Part shown: one piece after another, positions 47,474 through 48,531 of the stretch
Numbering within the stretch: position 1 is the first letter of the stretch
Layout: each line of letters begins with the position of its first letter
Source of the DNA: Paraglomus brasilianum
Taxonomy: Eukaryota
Length of the DNA: 48,531 nt
Assembly (NCBI GenBank): GCA_910592345.1
Contig: CAJVPI010000149.1
Location: forward strand, 1-48,531
Reading direction: 5' to 3'
Program-made: the position numbers and the translations under genes
Notes under the pieces: model-generated
The model's input: the letters and a program-made list of their open reading frames with translations, nothing else
Databases searched by the model: none
Told to the model about the DNA's origin: nothing

Positions 47474-48429
47474 CTAATTGATTCTATGCCGATTTAAGTA
47501 ATAGTACAACAGGAGGAACTGAGTTAGAGATGATCTTGTAGCAAATTTGGTTATGGAGTTCACTCTTTTGTTGATGTCAGTAGATGGTTTATGTGAAGGA
47601 AGTTATTGAGGAAGCTAAGCTTATCTACAAATGTAAAGTTATATGTAGGACAAATAATTCAGTTATTTGACTGTTTGTTTAAAAAAAAAGTTGGTATATA
47701 ATAGTATTAGTAATATGACTGTTAGCATTATCAGGAAATTAAGTTGAGCAAGTAGACGGAACTCGCTTGTTACATTACATTTGCTTTGCAAGTAATGCGA
47801 TCAGATGTCAAAAACACGCGTGCCAAATTCCTCCCGCAGAACTCAACTCGCATAATATGCACGAGAAGTCTACTGGAATCTTGTAACATGTGAATAGTTT
47901 TGCAGGGTAAGATATGGGCGGTAGGAAATAGTTCGAAAGTTATATGTTCATAAGACCAACAAGGCTGCATAACGAAACATCGTTAGACTTTTTTGTCTTA
48001 AAACTTTGGCTTATGTAAGCGATTCAATATTTAAACCAATCTGTTCGAATGAAAGGATAGTAAATGCAGTTTCGCTCTAATGTCTCCTGAACAATTATTG
48101 TGAAGAAGGAGCCTATGATTTATGAACGTAGCGATATGAAAGCCCGTTTCTACTATAAGACTTCCGCTATGATAATGAAAGCTTGAAGTTAAGAAAACTA
48201 TAACTTTTAATAAACATAGTACAGTCAAACTTCGGAAAACCGATGTGGATGTCCCTCACCATTTTCTATTGATACCTTGGCATTCTGAGCGTCAACCCCC
48301 GTTCCCAAGTGGATTGAAAGTATGTTTACTATCAAGCGATCAACGAGATCGAATCTCTATACTCTGATTGGTCTAAATCTTTTCGATCGTAATTGCATCT
48401 ATCGTCGTTGTACTAAATTTTTAATTGTA

Positions 48430-48469
48430 CACAGGCAAACTCGATAAGTCGGTCGACCGACTTATCGAG
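48430..48469. repeat. Perfect 30-bp palindrome (48440-48469) in a transposon-like terminus
   Basis: CTCGATAAGTCGGTCGACCGACTTATCGAG is self-complementary and is preceded by TA|CACAG, as at 25627. Confidence 0.75.
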
Positions 48470-48531
48470 AGATTTTAAATATTAAAACTGAGAAAAGGGC
48501 TTGGGAAGTTTTGGCCTTCTTAGGCCAAAAT

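Noticed and set aside
47770..48330. Minus-strand exon-like segments with a CTAAC...CAG signal
   Set aside because: Stops occur in all frames and I recognised no motif.

Overview
This is AT-rich eukaryotic DNA with spliceosomal introns, from a fungus. Gene content, short GT-AG introns and TE types suggest an early-diverging lineage, probably Glomeromycotina; that assignment is inference. The window has two kinds of region. (1) Conserved genes reconstructed exon by exon: NoxR, an ICE2-like gene, SLY1, a DHA2-type MFS transporter, NDUFS5, a small DASH-like coiled-coil gene and a 129-aa orphan. (2) Accessory, TE-rich regions. These hold an intact 3-exon Mrr-like PD-(D/E)XK nuclease gene between LTR remnants and a Tc1 element, and a tandem pair of intact 7-exon genes (helical domain, degenerate RING/U-box, TPR, F-box-like segment, variable beta-rich C-terminal domain). 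They also hold solo LTRs, pogo/Tc1 remnants, decayed copies of housekeeping genes (SLC35F/Thi74-like, NPP-like) and a fragment that reads best with TGA=Trp and may come from a Mollicutes endobacterium. I found no rRNA, tRNA or CRISPR. All family assignments come from motif recognition by eye, not from searches.
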